64,000 nt of DNA from Octopus sinensis (taxonomy: Eukaryota): assembly GCF_006345805.1 (NCBI RefSeq), contig NC_043016.1, positions 6,696,001-6,760,000 of the forward strand, in the 5' to 3' direction. Shown here one piece after another: positions 37,494 to 50,035 of the stretch. Positions within the stretch are counted from its first letter, which is position 1; each line of letters starts with the position of its first letter. Below the pieces are notes generated by a model that searched no databases, was not told the DNA's origin, and worked only from the letters and a program-made list of their open reading frames with translations. The position numbers were made by a program, and so were the translations under genes.

Positions 37494-37580
37494 TATTATT
37501 ATTATTTTATTAGACAATACAAAGAGCGCTATGCGATTGCAAACAGATGTTTTATTGGCTGAACGATATTTCGAAAGCTT

Positions 37581-37680
37581 NNNNNNNNNNNNNNNNNNNN
37601 NNNNNNNNNNNNNNNNNNNNNNNNNNNNNNNNNNNNNNNNNNNNNNNNNNNNNNNNNNNNNNNNNNNNNNNNNNNNNNNN
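37581..37680. other. Assembly gap (100 N)
   Basis: Run of N; flanks need not be contiguous. Confidence 1.
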
Positions 37681-37711
37681 AAATTTGGGAGTTAAGGCCC
37701 CCATTAGGTGC

Positions 37712-37742
<31 letters not shown>

Positions 37743-37835
37743 TATATATAATGTAGGATAAAATATTTTTTCCGAAAAAATTTATCAATGGGTAGCATAT
37801 TAAAAATACATTTAAAGGTTAAATTTATAAATAAC

Positions 37836-38187
37836 TTATAAAATAAGGGCAAAAGAAAATTCTAATGCCAAATATGCCGAAATGAGACAAATTGTCAATA
37901 ACCATTATAATCCATGCGTCTCGAAACAAGCCGATAAAATTTCAAAAAAATTCCGTTATTACCGTATTGGTCCCAATTTCAAAGTTATTCATAAGAATTT
38001 TCTTCTCCTCATCGATAAATACGTAAGGCATAAATGAAATACTTACTCATACTCATGGAAAAAGCAAGCACTAAAATAACGGAATTTTTTGAAATTTCTA
38101 TCGGCTTGTTTCGAGACGCATGGAATTATAATGGTTTATTGACAATTTCGGCATATTTGGCATTAGAATTTTTCTTTTGCCCTTATT

Positions 38188-38193
<6 letters not shown>
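37836..38193. repeat. Inverted repeat, about 120-bp arms around a 114-bp spacer, next to (TA)n
   Basis: 37836-37960 versus reverse complement of 38075-38193; one 9-nt indel and few 1-nt indels. Confidence 0.92.
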
Positions 38194-38226
<33 letters not shown>

Positions 38227-38240
38227 TACACACACACACA

Positions 38241-38910
38241 TGCAAAGATAAATGATAGATACAACTGAGTGGCAAACAAAAATATGAGACACAGCCTAGT
38301 ACTTTTTATGTTGATAAGCCTGGTACTTATTCTATTAGTCTGTTCTTGTGAAACCAGTAAGTTATAGGGATGTAAATAAATGAGCAGCAGTTGTGAAGCA
38401 GTGATGAGGGCTAAACACAGAGACAAAGACACACACATACACTTACATATATACATACATATATATACGATTGATTTGTTTCAGTTCCTGTCTACGAAAT
38501 CCATATATATACGTATATGTACACACACAAAGATAAATTGATAGATACAACTGAGTGGGCAAACAAAAATATGAGACACTGCCTAGTACTTTTTATTTTG
38601 ATAAGCCTGGTACTTAATCTATCAGTTTCTTCTTGTGAAACCAGTAAGTTATAGGGATGTAAATAAACGAACACCAGTTGTGAAGCAGTGATGAGGGAGA
38701 AACACAGAGACAAAGACACTCACATAGACTTACATATATACATACATATATATACAATTGATTTCTTTCAGTTTCTGTCTACAAAATCTACTGACAAGGC
38801 TTTGGTTGGTCTGAGGCTATAGCGAAAGACACATGCCAAATTACCACACAGTGGGACTGAACTGAGGACCATGTGTTTTGGAACCAAGTTTGTTACCACA
38901 CAGCCACACC
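38241..38910 (-). mobile_element. Diverged OR/OK-type SINE with a local tandem duplication of about 287 bp
   Basis: 38241-38527 repeats at 38528-38790; SINE 5' portion follows to 38910. Confidence 0.75.
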
Positions 38911-39054
38911 TGCACCTATGTATGTGTGTGTGTGTGTGGGTGGGTGTGTATGCGTGTATGGTTGTATAATGTATGCATGTATATATGTGTACATATTACA
39001 TGTACATCTACACATACAGTATACATATACATGTATGCATATACATCTCTATAT

Positions 39055-39109
<55 letters not shown>

Positions 39110-39122
39110 TATATATATATTG

Positions 39123-39268
39123 AATTAGTATTCAATTTTTCACCGTTATTTTAATTTTAAATTTAAATTACATGTATAATATTACATATATTATATATAT
39201 ATAATGTATATATATATACATGTAAATTAAATTTAAATAAAATAACGGTGAAAAATTGAATACTAATT
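39123..39268. repeat. Inverted repeat with a TA-rich centre, formed by the end of the adjacent element
   Basis: AATTAGTATTCAATTTTTCACCGTTATTT...AAATAACGGTGAAAAATTGAATACTAATT. Confidence 0.9.
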
Positions 39269-39625
39269 TGATTAATATGAATTGAAACCCAGTGGTGTAG
39301 TATATAAGACCAAAGCGGATCTTCTAGGAAAATGGATGTCCACTGTTATTGGTTCATCCCTCTAATATAATAGTTTGTCTTTAATAGTTTCAGTATTAAA
39401 ATGAATGTATCTGGCATTACAATAGAGAGATGTTTTTGTTTCACCTTTAACATGTAATACTGAAATAGTGGAGAAGATATGATATTCTGTGGGCTCGCCT
39501 AAGGCAAGACGTTAAAATTTTTTTTTGCCCATGACACTAAGTAAGTCATGTGTAAAATTTGAATGCAATTGATTGTGTAGTTCTCAAGTTTTGGGGACTC
39601 ACACAGACAGACAGACACACATTCT
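39240..39625 (+). mobile_element. Non-autonomous element, possibly rolling-circle (Lep1/DINE-1-like)
   Basis: Homologous to 51060-51280 and 22195-22420; ends TTTGAATG(C/A)AAT(T/C)G..TAGTTCTC.AGTT..ACAGACAGACACACATTCTC..TATATA. Class inferred from resemblance only. Confidence 0.45.
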
Positions 39626-39628
39626 CAG

Positions 39629-39700
<72 letters not shown>

Positions 39701-40050
39701 ATATAATATATATATATATATGTATATATATATATTTGTATGTATACACCACATATACATGTATAAATATATACATATATATATATCTTTCTATAATGTT
39801 GCCACTTGATTTGAAAATGTTTGTATTAATGGAAAACCTCTATAATTGGCTCAGTACTCAGCATCTTAAATCTGTTGTAATATTTACAACATTTAATAAA
39901 ATGATGTAGTACGAAACGATCGTACCAAATTACCGGAGTCATTTCTTGTTGCTTATTTGACTATAATCACCCCACGGATTTTTATGGATAACACCATACA
40001 AAATTCTGGTGCATCTAAATTAAGTACCATATTCATTGAATGTAAATTTT

Positions 40051-40129
<79 letters not shown>

Positions 40130-40233
40130 ATATATATATATATATACACATATATATCATATATATGTTTATATGCATGTATATATCTCTAGTATTATTT
40201 ATCTGTCTGTCTATCTGTCTATCTGTCTATCTG

Positions 40234-40286
<53 letters not shown>

Positions 40287-40350
40287 ATCGATAAATAATA
40301 TAATAATGATGATGATGATAATAATAATTAATAATAATAATAATAACAAC

Positions 40351-40411
<61 letters not shown>

Positions 40412-40419
40412 TAATAATG

Positions 40420-40740
40420 ATTTCATGTATTTGCCACAAGGGCGACGGATGAGAGGGATATACAGATAATTATTGGGGTATACATATAATAAGGAAATAA
40501 TAAAAATAAGGAAGAAAGTATACACGGCATACATTGAAAAAGATGGTGCTGATCGTCTCCACTATGGAGACGTTCGGCACCGACAGGAACGAAATGGTTA
40601 CTCTGCCCCTTAGTTGTCCCAACTTCCGCAACAGTGGCTCGAGTGCCAATACATACAGAAGAGGCGACAGCAGGAAGTCATGACGGACCGAGCGTCCGAT
40701 GCCAAATGGCTCCGATAGGTGACCGTTTAGTTTGACCACT
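40420..40740 (-). mobile_element. Tx1-clade fragment with RT piece joined to the ORF2 end / 3' UTR; (TTA)n tail
   Basis: VKLNGHLSEPFGIGRSVRH..LSPLLYVLALEPLLRKL; 3' end GTCGCCCTTGTGGCAAATACATGAAATC(ATT)n. Confidence 0.85.
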
Positions 40741-40749
40741 AATAACGAA

Positions 40750-41075
40750 TAGCCGAGAAGGAAGGCGAAAAAATAGATAAATATAACCCTCTTAACGATG
40801 GTTGGTCATGGTAATTGAAGAAGATGAAGATAATGCCAATTATTGTTGGGTCCTTGGGGATAGTATTAGAAGGCACCAAAAGGAATATAAAGGAAATTGG
40901 AATAGAGTGCACAGTAGAAATATTACAAAAGATTCGCCTCCTTGGCACAACCAGAATAATCAGAAAGTATTAGATAGTTGAAAAGAAGGGATAGCACGAT
41001 ACCGTAGGCAGAAGATAGCAAGCCCGCTGCACATGTAAGACTCCAGGATTTCCAACGAAACTTGTGATAAAATGA
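40750..41075 (+). mobile_element. R4/Dong-like RLE C-terminus + 3' UTR + (TAA)n
   Basis: KIMPIIVGSLGIV..IKEIGIECTVEILQKIRLLGTTRIIRKVL. Confidence 0.8.
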
Positions 41076-41170
41076 AATAGTAATAGTAATAATAATAATA
41101 TAATAATATAATAATAATATAATAATACTATAATAATAATAATAATATATAATATGATAATAATAATAAT

Positions 41171-41719
41171 AAATGCCCTGATGCAGTACCAGGCAGTGGG
41201 TCTCTGGCTTCTGATCTTAACTGATTGGAAGTGTTATCATGTACATTGTTTTGTCTTGGTATAAAAGATGGGCTACAGCAAATATTCTGCTCAATACCAC
41301 AGATTTGCTTGTCAGTTGTTTGACCTTAACATTTGATCATGTCCCTTAGTGGCTGACGATATGTGCATCTCTGATCACGAGCAGAAGTAGTGGGGGGAGC
41401 ATAGCCATGTGTTAAGAGGGATTCTTTGGGGTTTGAATAATTCACCTCTGGAAACATGGGTGGTTCTTTCAACATCCTTAACAACCCTTATTCAGGGACC
41501 TTTTGAGCGGATGGGCTACTCAACCTAAGAAAATTCTAACTGGGCCCCACCTGCAAGGTCATTGTGCTGTTTTATTTGATATGAGATCAACCATGTCGCG
41601 CACATGGTTGTGATGCATGTGCCTGGTGTACCCTTATCAGACGGGTAGTCATGATGGGTATATTGGGCTTCGTATATTTCCCCAGTGTCACTTTGATGGC
41701 ATATGCTGCTCTCTCACTC

Positions 41720-41720
<1 letters not shown>
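41171..41720 (+). mobile_element. 550-bp non-coding element with fixed ends inserted in (TAA)n
   Basis: AAATGCCCTGATGCAGTACCAGGC...GCTCTCTCACTCA between TAA tracts; second copy with the same ends at 42826-43387. Confidence 0.85.
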
Positions 41721-41758
<38 letters not shown>

Positions 41759-41889
41759 CGTATTAACTGGAACGGCTCATGTTCTGTGAAGAGCATTATC
41801 GCTGTGAAAATAACATCCATCCATGAATTTATTTATTAATTAATTTTTTAAATACATATTTTACCTGTGAAACTGCGCGTGTAATCTGG

Positions 41890-42030
41890 GAATGCATACA
41901 ATGAGCTTCTCTGCCCCAGGTGTACGGAAAAACACTCGGCGAGAAACGGAAGAAAATTTGAAGAAAAGAAGGAAAATAATAATAATAATAATAATGGAAG
42001 AAAATTTGAAGAAAAGAAGGAAAAATAATA
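41890..42030 (+). mobile_element. R4/Dong-like extreme 3' end, terminal 30 bp duplicated, with (TAA)n
   Basis: Matches 27310-27390 (ATGAG.TTCT.TGCCC.AGG..CACTCGGC.AGAAA.GGAAG.AAATTTGAA). Confidence 0.7.
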
Positions 42031-42054
42031 ATAATATTAATAATAATAATAATA

Positions 42055-42096
<42 letters not shown>

Positions 42097-42099
42097 TTA

Positions 42100-42740
42100 C
42101 TTACTTTTACTTTTACTTGTTTCAGTCATTTGACTGTGGCCATGCTGGAGCACCGCCTTTAGTCGAGCAAATCGATCCCGGGACTTATTCTTTGTAAGCC
42201 CAGTACTTATTCTATCGGTCTCTTTTGCCGAACCGCTAAGTAACGGGGACGTAAACACACCAGCATCGGTTGTCAAGCAATGCTAGAGGGACAAACACAC
42301 ACACGAACATATACACATACACACATATATACATATACATATATAAAGACTCCGCCGGTTACGACGACGAGGGTCCCAGCTGATACGATCAACGGAACAG
42401 CTTGCTCGTGAAATTAACGTGCAAATGGCTGAGCATTCCACAGACACGTGTACCCTTAACGTAAGTCTCGGGGATAATCAGCGTTACACAGAGAGTGACA
42501 AGGCTGACCCTTTGAAATACAAGTACACACTCATTTTTGCCAGCTGAGTGGACTGGAGCAACGTGAAATAAAGTGTCTTGCTCAAGGACACAACGCGTCG
42601 CCGAATCGAACTCACAACCTTACGATCATGAGCCGAATGCCCTAACCACTAAGCCACGCGCCCTCACATATATACATATATACGACAGGCTTCTTTCAGT
42701 TTCCGTCTACCAAATCCACTCACAAGGCTTTGGTTGGCCC
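42100..42740 (-). mobile_element. OR/OK-type SINE split by a nested CORE-SINE; head missing
   Basis: Tail at 42100-42345 and body at 42670-42740 match 16183-16577. Confidence 0.85.
42346..42669 (-). mobile_element. Full-length tRNA-derived CORE-type SINE
   Basis: Minus strand GAGGGCGCGTGGCTTAGTGGTTAGGGCATTCGGC..GTGAGTTCGATTC..CCTTGAGCAAGACACTTTATTTCACGTTGCTCCAGTCCACTCAGCTGG. Confidence 0.85.
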
Positions 42741-42753
42741 AATAATAATAATA

Positions 42754-42807
<54 letters not shown>

Positions 42808-42825
42808 TAATAATAATGATAATAA

Positions 42826-43386
42826 AAATGTCCTGATGCAGTACCAGGCAGTGGCTCTCATAGCTTCTGATCTTAACTGATTGGAAGTGTCATCATGTAC
42901 ATTGTTTTGTCTTGGTATAAAAGATGGGTTTTACAGCAAATATTCTGCTCAATACCACAGATCTGCTTGTCAGTTGTTTGACCATAACCAGTTGAGCATG
43001 TCCCTTAGTGGCTGACGATATGTGCATCTCTGATCACGAGCAGAAGTAGTGGGGGAGCATCTTAGCCATGTGTTAAGAGGGATTCTTTGGAATTTGGATA
43101 ATTCACCACTGGCAACATGGGTGTTTCGTTCAACATCCTTAAACAACTCTTAGTTAGGGACATTTTGAGTGGGATGGGATACTCAACCTGAAGAAAATTC
43201 TAACTGGGCCCCACCTGCAAGGTCATGTGCTGTTTATTTAGACATAAGATCACCATACAGCGCACATATGGTTTATGATGCATGTGCCTGGTGTACCCTT
43301 ATCTGACGGGTAGTCATGATGGGTATATTGGGCTTCGTATATTTTACCTCAGTGTCACTTTGATGGCATGAACTGCTCTCTCACTC

Positions 43387-43387
<1 letters not shown>
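42826..43387 (+). mobile_element. Second copy of the 550-bp fixed-end element in (TAA)n
   Basis: Same 5' and 3' boundaries as 41171-41720. Confidence 0.85.
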
Positions 43388-43420
<33 letters not shown>

Positions 43421-43475
43421 TAATAATAATAATAATAATAATAATAGTAATAATAATAATAAGATATGATAGATA

Positions 43476-43509
<34 letters not shown>

Positions 43510-43537
43510 TAATAAAAGATAATAATATATAATAATA

Positions 43538-43574
<37 letters not shown>

Positions 43575-43699
43575 AAATAATGATAATGATGATAATGATG
43601 ATGATGATGATGTGGATGATGATGTTGATGGTGATGGTGATGATGATGATGATGATGATGATGATAGATTAGTACCAGTCCTATTCCAGTTATATGCAA

Positions 43700-45130
43700 T
43701 TCAGGCCATAGCCTAATGAAAACAGACAACGAACGCACGCTGTTGATAAGATTGGCTTAAAAAATAAAGCATATCAATGACAGCATGTTTTGTAGATAGG
43801 AGAAGAAGGAAAACACGCGATAAACTGAATGACTCATAACACGTAGTCGTAAATTCAAGTTGAACATTCCTTTCTCTCCCACTCGATATCTTATATCTGA
43901 CGTTGATGCTGGTCAACAGGTATTGATATACGCCCTGATCGTCGCAATTTTGGGTTGCTAGATGTTTCTCTTTCGTCCAAACTGTCGCTTTCACCCATTG
44001 AGGTTGACCCAGCTTTCTCGTTTACTTCCATTTGATCATTCGTTGCATTTGTTTCTCGAGATCAAATGTTATCCGAATGGCTGCGCACAACTTGACCACT
44101 TGGTAAACGCAAATTGATCAAACTTCCAAAAGTTTCAACTACTGTTGCTGATTCCCAACACGGCTCATTGGGAAATCGAGTATACCCAGCATCGGACGCT
44201 TTCAATTGAGGTCCTTCCTTGTTCTTTGCATTCATTCATGTTTGTTTTTCTTCAATATTTTTGTGTGATGACGAGAATAAAAGGTTGAATCTTGTTTGCA
44301 GGTTGCGACCAAACAATAACTCAGCTGGACACTTGCCTGTAGATTCAGTTGAGGGTTGTGCGATAGGCAAAAAGTAAATGATCCAGTCTGGTCTGAAGGT
44401 TTCCGGTGCTTTGCTTTTCCAATCCATTCTTTACCGTCTGAACAGCTCATTCTGCTAGGCCGTTTGAAAACGGATAATGCGATACCGTTCTTATGGTCGG
44501 AAAACCTCACCTGTGAAAGTGGCGCCATTATCTAAACAGATTGTATCTGGAATCCCAATGTAGAAAATGATGAGCATAGTGAGGCTACTATAGATACTGT
44601 TGTAGCATGTACCACTGGATGTACATCTATCCATTTCGAATGTGCATCAATAATCAATAAGGACATCATATGATTAAGAGGACCAAAATAATCAACGTGT
44701 AACCTTTTTCCACGGTTTTCCTAGCCACTTCCAGGGATGTACAGGACCTGGCGTGTTTTGTCGCTGATATTGTTGACAAACCTCACATCTTCTGCACATC
44801 TGCTCAATATCATAATCCAGATTGGGCCACCAACAGCAGCTTCATTCGATTTATGCCTGGATGAGCATCGTGCAACTCATTAAGCAATTGTTGTCTTAAT
44901 TTAAAGGATACAATTATACGAGGTCCCCAAAATATGCAACATTCGTGCAAACTCAGTTCATCTTCACGCTGTAAAAACGGTTTTAAATCTAAACTTGCTT
45001 TGGACGGCCACCCTCTGGACAGTATTTGATCTTTGTCTTAGTCGAAGCACATCCTGTCCTCGGATAGATGCGCCACAAAATGCTGCATCATGTGTACCAG
45101 TTCCGCTGGCTGTTCAATTATATGCAACGA
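43700..45130 (-). pseudogene. Ty3/Gypsy pol remnant (RNase H end, HHCC zinc finger, integrase core)
   Basis: LHDAHPGINRMK, WWPNLDYDIEQMCRRCEVCQ, PWKRLHVDYFGP, IIDAHSKWIDV, GIPDTICLDNG, SNGLAE.AVQTVK, TGKCPAELLFGRNLQTR. No LTRs seen. Confidence 0.9.
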
Positions 45131-45134
45131 AGGG

Positions 45135-46770
45135 TAAACGACTCAATACATCAGCAGTAACATTCTTAGGCCCAGGAACGTATTATAACTATAAGCACTT
45201 AACGTCAAAGCCCATCTGTCTAAGCTGTTTAGTTCGTCTACTGTGCATGCGACTGCCCCTGCTCCATATCTAAGAAGTGAAACCGCCCAGGTATTGATAG
45301 CTTCAATCTTATTCCGTCTCTTTAATTTCAACTTAAGAATCAGTCTCAGACTGCGCAAGTTCTTCACCTTAAATTTTTTTGTTACGTTTTTCTCCATCAA
45401 TTTATCCATTTCCAGTGTCCCTAAGTACTTATAGCCCGACTCTTCGATTTACTTCATAACCTTCCTCGACGGTATCGCTAACCCGTCCATACATTTAATT
45501 TTGCCTCTCATCACGACTAACACACCATACTTTTTCAGTCCGAACTCCATTCTGATATTAACACTGAAAGTATACACTGTATCAACGAGAGAACTGACTT
45601 GGGATTTATCTTTACCATAAAGTTTGAGGTCATCCATGAATAACAAATGGTTGACTTTTTGTTGGCTGCTCTTGAATACACACCCAGTCTTTGCTTTCCT
45701 CAGAATCAGTGCTAGTGGTATCATGCACGGTACAAAGATCATTAGGGAGTAGGCAGTCCCATTGGAAGATGCCTCTCCTGATTTATATTGTCTCTTCCAT
45801 ATGCTGTCAGTTCCGTGCTCCACGTCGCCATACTTTTTCCAAGCACTCTCTCAACATTCGATGCAATACCAAATAGGTTAATACATTCCATAATCCAAGA
45901 ATGTGGGATCATATTGTATGCCTTACGATAATCGATCCATGATTCTTCTTACAGTCTTGGTACCTCTGCACTTACGCTTACACCATTCTGTTCATGTGGC
46001 AAGACTCCACTTTTTCCAGATGTCCGCTCATTTACTATCATTCCAGTCAATAATTTCCACGTAAATGTCAAGCAGGATATCGACCTGTAATTGTCTATTG
46101 TATTTCCTTTTTCAATGTTTTTCAAGCACAGTACTGTCCTACCTATTGTCAGCCATTCTGATGTCACTTGGTCGGCAAATAACAAGGTGTGCAGCTATTC
46201 GTGTATGACATTCACCAAATCTTTTGATCCAGTAACTTTGAACACCATCGGGTCTTGGTACCTTCCAGTTGCCCATTTTTTTTTGCTGATTTCCTTCACT
46301 TCCCGAACTGAAATGACTAGTTCTGGCTATTTTGGACAGACTACTCCATGTTTCAGTTCTTGCAGCTATTCAACAGCCTTCTTATGCTCCTTGTGTTTGC
46401 TTCAGATGTCACTCCAAAATCTTTGACTTTCAATGTTATCTTGTATCATCCTTTCATCTGTACACTCTCTACTTATTTCCATGTAGAGTCTCTTCTGATC
46501 TACTCTGAATAACCCATTCTACTTGTATCCCTTCATTATTTGGTCGTATCTTACAATCTTTGCTTTCTTTGCAACGTGGCGCTGCTTCAGTTCCTCCATT
46601 ACCATTTTAAGGCCATTTATTTCAATATCATACTTCCTGTATTTTTGTTCGCTTTTATGCTCGCCCTTCTCCTTTCGGTCTAACACAAAAATGTCCTTCG
46701 AGAGCATTTCTAATCCTACCTATATTCTTCTTTTCCACCATGGGTCTTTTCTTTTGGTGTTACAATAAAA
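45135..46770 (-). pseudogene. R4/Dong-like reverse transcriptase remnant
   Basis: GRTVLCLK..KGNTIDNYRSISCL, WIDYRKAYNMIPHSWI, VNHLLFMDDLKLYGK, MEFGLKKYG, YKYLG, KIEAINTWAVSLLRYG. Confidence 0.92.
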
Positions 46771-46956
46771 ACACTGGTAATTGCGCAGCCTGACGATGAA
46801 AAAGCAAAATATTATAAATAACGGTGGTAATGAAACTGAAGCTCTTGATGGTGACAGTGTTGCATCCGGCAGGCTCAGAAACAAATAATTTGATCAAGGA
46901 AGAAAATATTGTTGTAGTAGAAAATGTGGGTGCTAATGTCAAGAAAAAGAAAGAAA

Positions 46957-47019
<63 letters not shown>

Positions 47020-47615
47020 TGATGAAAATTCTCAGCTTATTTGCTGTCCACAGCCAGCCTATTAAGGTGACACATTTTTTATTGGCCATGCTTCAGGAAT
47101 CCTGTGGAGAATTCTTGCAGTTCCAAGCAATACTAATTTTTGTAGGTGTTCTACCTTTACATTTGTACCAACCTTTTGAGCCATGCTGATACTTCCAAGT
47201 GCGCCAATTACTATTGGTATCATGTCAACTCTTCTCGTTGCCTACAATCTTCGTACTTCCCATTTCAAATCGTCGTGGTTCAGTTTTCTTCTTCTTTCAC
47301 CTTGATCCTGTTGTCACCGGAGCATGCTATGTCAATTATCATACATGTTCTTTCTTTTTTATTCACCACAACAATGACCGGTTTCCCATATCTGGTCAGG
47401 TGATCACACTGAATAATTGCATCCCACATGATTTTGTAATCTTCACTCTTGGTGACTCCTTCTGCCGTTTGCTCATACCACGTCTTTGCTCTTTATGGGC
47501 CGTGATTTCCATAGAGTTGCCAATGGATCATTCTTGCTATATTGTCATGTCTTCTTTTGCATTCGCGTTTTGCAGGTTTCGGGCATTTTCTAACGATGTG
47601 CTGAACTAAGGTAAC
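47020..47615 (-). mobile_element. R4/Dong-like RLE fragment ending in (TAA)n
   Basis: KRRHDNIARMIHW, WYEQTAEGV, IMWDAIIQCD, IIDIACSGDNRIKVKEEE, IPIVIGALG. Confidence 0.88.
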
Positions 47616-47895
47616 ACTCATTATTCAGATTTCAAGAACTCTGCGAAAGATCCGTGCTGTTCTAAACAATACTGTTTCCTGTAGATGCTCTATCTTCATA
47701 TTTACTCCTGTCTTTTCAATCCAATTTGTGAAGTTGGTACTTATAGTGTCCAAGGCCCCAACAATAATATATACAGCACTCAGCTTCTTCAATGACCGCA
47801 GTCCTTTTATTTCTCACTTCCAATCATCGTATATGACTCTTTTCTCTGCTTCTCTTTCCCATACTCTGTCATCACCGGGTCATGCAGTATTTATG
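47616..47895 (-). mobile_element. Second R4/Dong-like RLE C-terminal fragment, head-to-tail with the previous one
   Basis: ..YIIVGALDTISTNFTNWIEKTGVNMKIEHLQETVLFRTARIFRRVLE. Confidence 0.75.
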
Positions 47896-48951
47896 ATTAA
47901 TCACTTTACGGATACTGGGGCTCGACGTAGTCCTCTTGCTAAGTCGGAACCTGTCGAACCATTCAACTCATGCCATCATGGAAGTCTGACGTTCAATTTT
48001 ATACGTGTATATCAGGATGGTCATTATTTTTTTGCCAAATAGATAAGCGCATTATTTGCCAACTAGACACACGTCCTTCACTTCAAGAGAAGACATGTAG
48101 GATGGAGAGTCGCTGAAGGAATCACAGGATGTGTGGCCAAAGATTTCAGACAAAAGACTTCAGACAAAGGACACTAAAACAAGAACAATAATAAACCTGA
48201 AATGAAGGACGAATATATCGTGCATTTGTTTATTTGGCAAATATGTATGATGAAATATACGCATGTATAAATGATTGTTGGATATGTTTGCGCATTAATG
48301 TACATTTTAAAAATGCATGAATTAAAGATTTCAATAATGGTTCTAAAAGGAAAATGTTAATATTTAATTTTCGTCGATATATACTAATCAAAACAGTGTT
48401 CAGTAATATGTAGTTTTCTTTATATATATAGTCGTAAATGATGTAGAGTAGAAGTAGTGGATTAAAGTGGTGAACAAAAGCATAGATAAAGCGGAAGGTA
48501 CAGAAAAAAAGCTTCGTACAGAATTTGTAAGCAAAAGGAAATGCAGAGGCAGGGGAAGGAAATACTTGACATTGACTTATTCATCCTGGTAACAATCTAT
48601 TAGATTTCACTATTAAAGTGAAGGACATTGCTAGGAACAAATGACAAAGTTATTTTACAGGCTTGGTCTTGATTTTTAGAAAAATACTTTTCATGCTTAT
48701 ACATATATTATAGGTATACATAGACAGTAAGGCAGTATAGTTTAGATGGAGCCTTGTGTGATATAGAGTAAATGTATCTATACTGGTGAAAAAACCCAAA
48801 CAATGTGGGTTATAAAAAAATAATTGTATTTCAATTTTTTTTTTTTGATATTTCGGAGTTAAGACCCCCTTTTCAGGAAACTTGATTGTGTAAGCTAGCT
48901 TTTCTGCGCGCGTGTACTCAAACTACTTATACATTATCAGTATATTCATAT

Positions 48952-48964
48952 GCACACACACACA

Positions 48965-49002
<38 letters not shown>

Positions 49003-49361
49003 CACACACAAACACAAACACACACACACACACACGCACATACAAACACAAACACAAACACACACACACACACTCACACACACACACACACACTCACACA
49101 CACCACACTCACACACACCACACACCACACACACAAACACAAGCACACACACACGCACATACAAACACACACACACGCACATACAAACACAAACACAAAC
49201 ACACACACACACTCACACACACACACACACACTCACCACACACCACACATCACACACACACCACACACACACACACCACACACGCACATACAAACACAAA
49301 CACAAACACACACACACACACACTCACCACACACACAACACACACACTCACACACACACAC

Positions 49362-49399
<38 letters not shown>

Positions 49400-49425
49400 A
49401 ACACGCACTCGCGCGCGCACAAGCC
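48952..49425 (+). repeat. Degenerate (CA)n low-complexity tract
   Basis: Direct reading; the HT-rich ORFs here are artefacts. Confidence 0.97.
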
Positions 49426-49444
49426 TGACATATACACATTTATA

Positions 49445-49860
49445 ACTCTCTCTTTACTCTTTTACTTGTTTCAGTCATTTGACTGCGGCCATGCTGGAGC
49501 ACCGCCTTTAGTCGAGGAAATCGACCCCGGGACTTATTCTTTGTAAACCCAGTACTTATTCTATCGGTCTCTTTTGCCGAACCGCTAAGTGACGGGGACG
49601 TAAACACACCAGCATCGGTTGTCAAGCAATGCTTGTGGGACAAACACAGACACAAAACCATATACACACACACACATATATATATATATACATATATACG
49701 ACAGGCTTCTTTCAGTTTCCGTCTACCAAATCCACTCACAAGGCATTGGTCGGCCTGAGGCTATAGCAGAAGACACTTGCCCAAGATGCCACGCAGTGGG
49801 GCTGAACCCGGAACCATGTGGTTGGTAGGCAAGCTACCTACCACACAGCCACTCCTCCTC
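49445..49860 (-). mobile_element. OR/OK-type SINE, full length
   Basis: Reverse complement matches 16183-16577. Confidence 0.9.
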
Positions 49861-49936
49861 CTACAAGTTACATACATTAATATATATGTGCATATACAGC
49901 CATGTGCGTGTGTATATATTAATGTATGTAACTTAT

Positions 49937-50035
49937 AGGCGCAGGAGTGGCTGTGTGGTAGGTAGCTTGCCTACCAACCACATGGTTCCGGGTTCAGTTC
50001 CACTGTGTGGCATCTTGGGCAAGTGTCTTCTACTA
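49937..50035 (+). mobile_element. OR/OK-type SINE head only
   Basis: GGCGCAGGAGTGGCTGTGTGGTAGGTAGC...CTTGGGCAAGTGTCTTCTACTATA. Confidence 0.88.

Noticed and set aside
37575-37580. Contig ends in AAGCTT (HindIII site) at the gap
   Set aside because: At most a scaffolding or technical feature, possibly chance; no biological meaning.
41350-41395. CTGACGA / CTGATCA in the 550-bp element as a hammerhead
   Set aside because: No GAAA core downstream in either copy.
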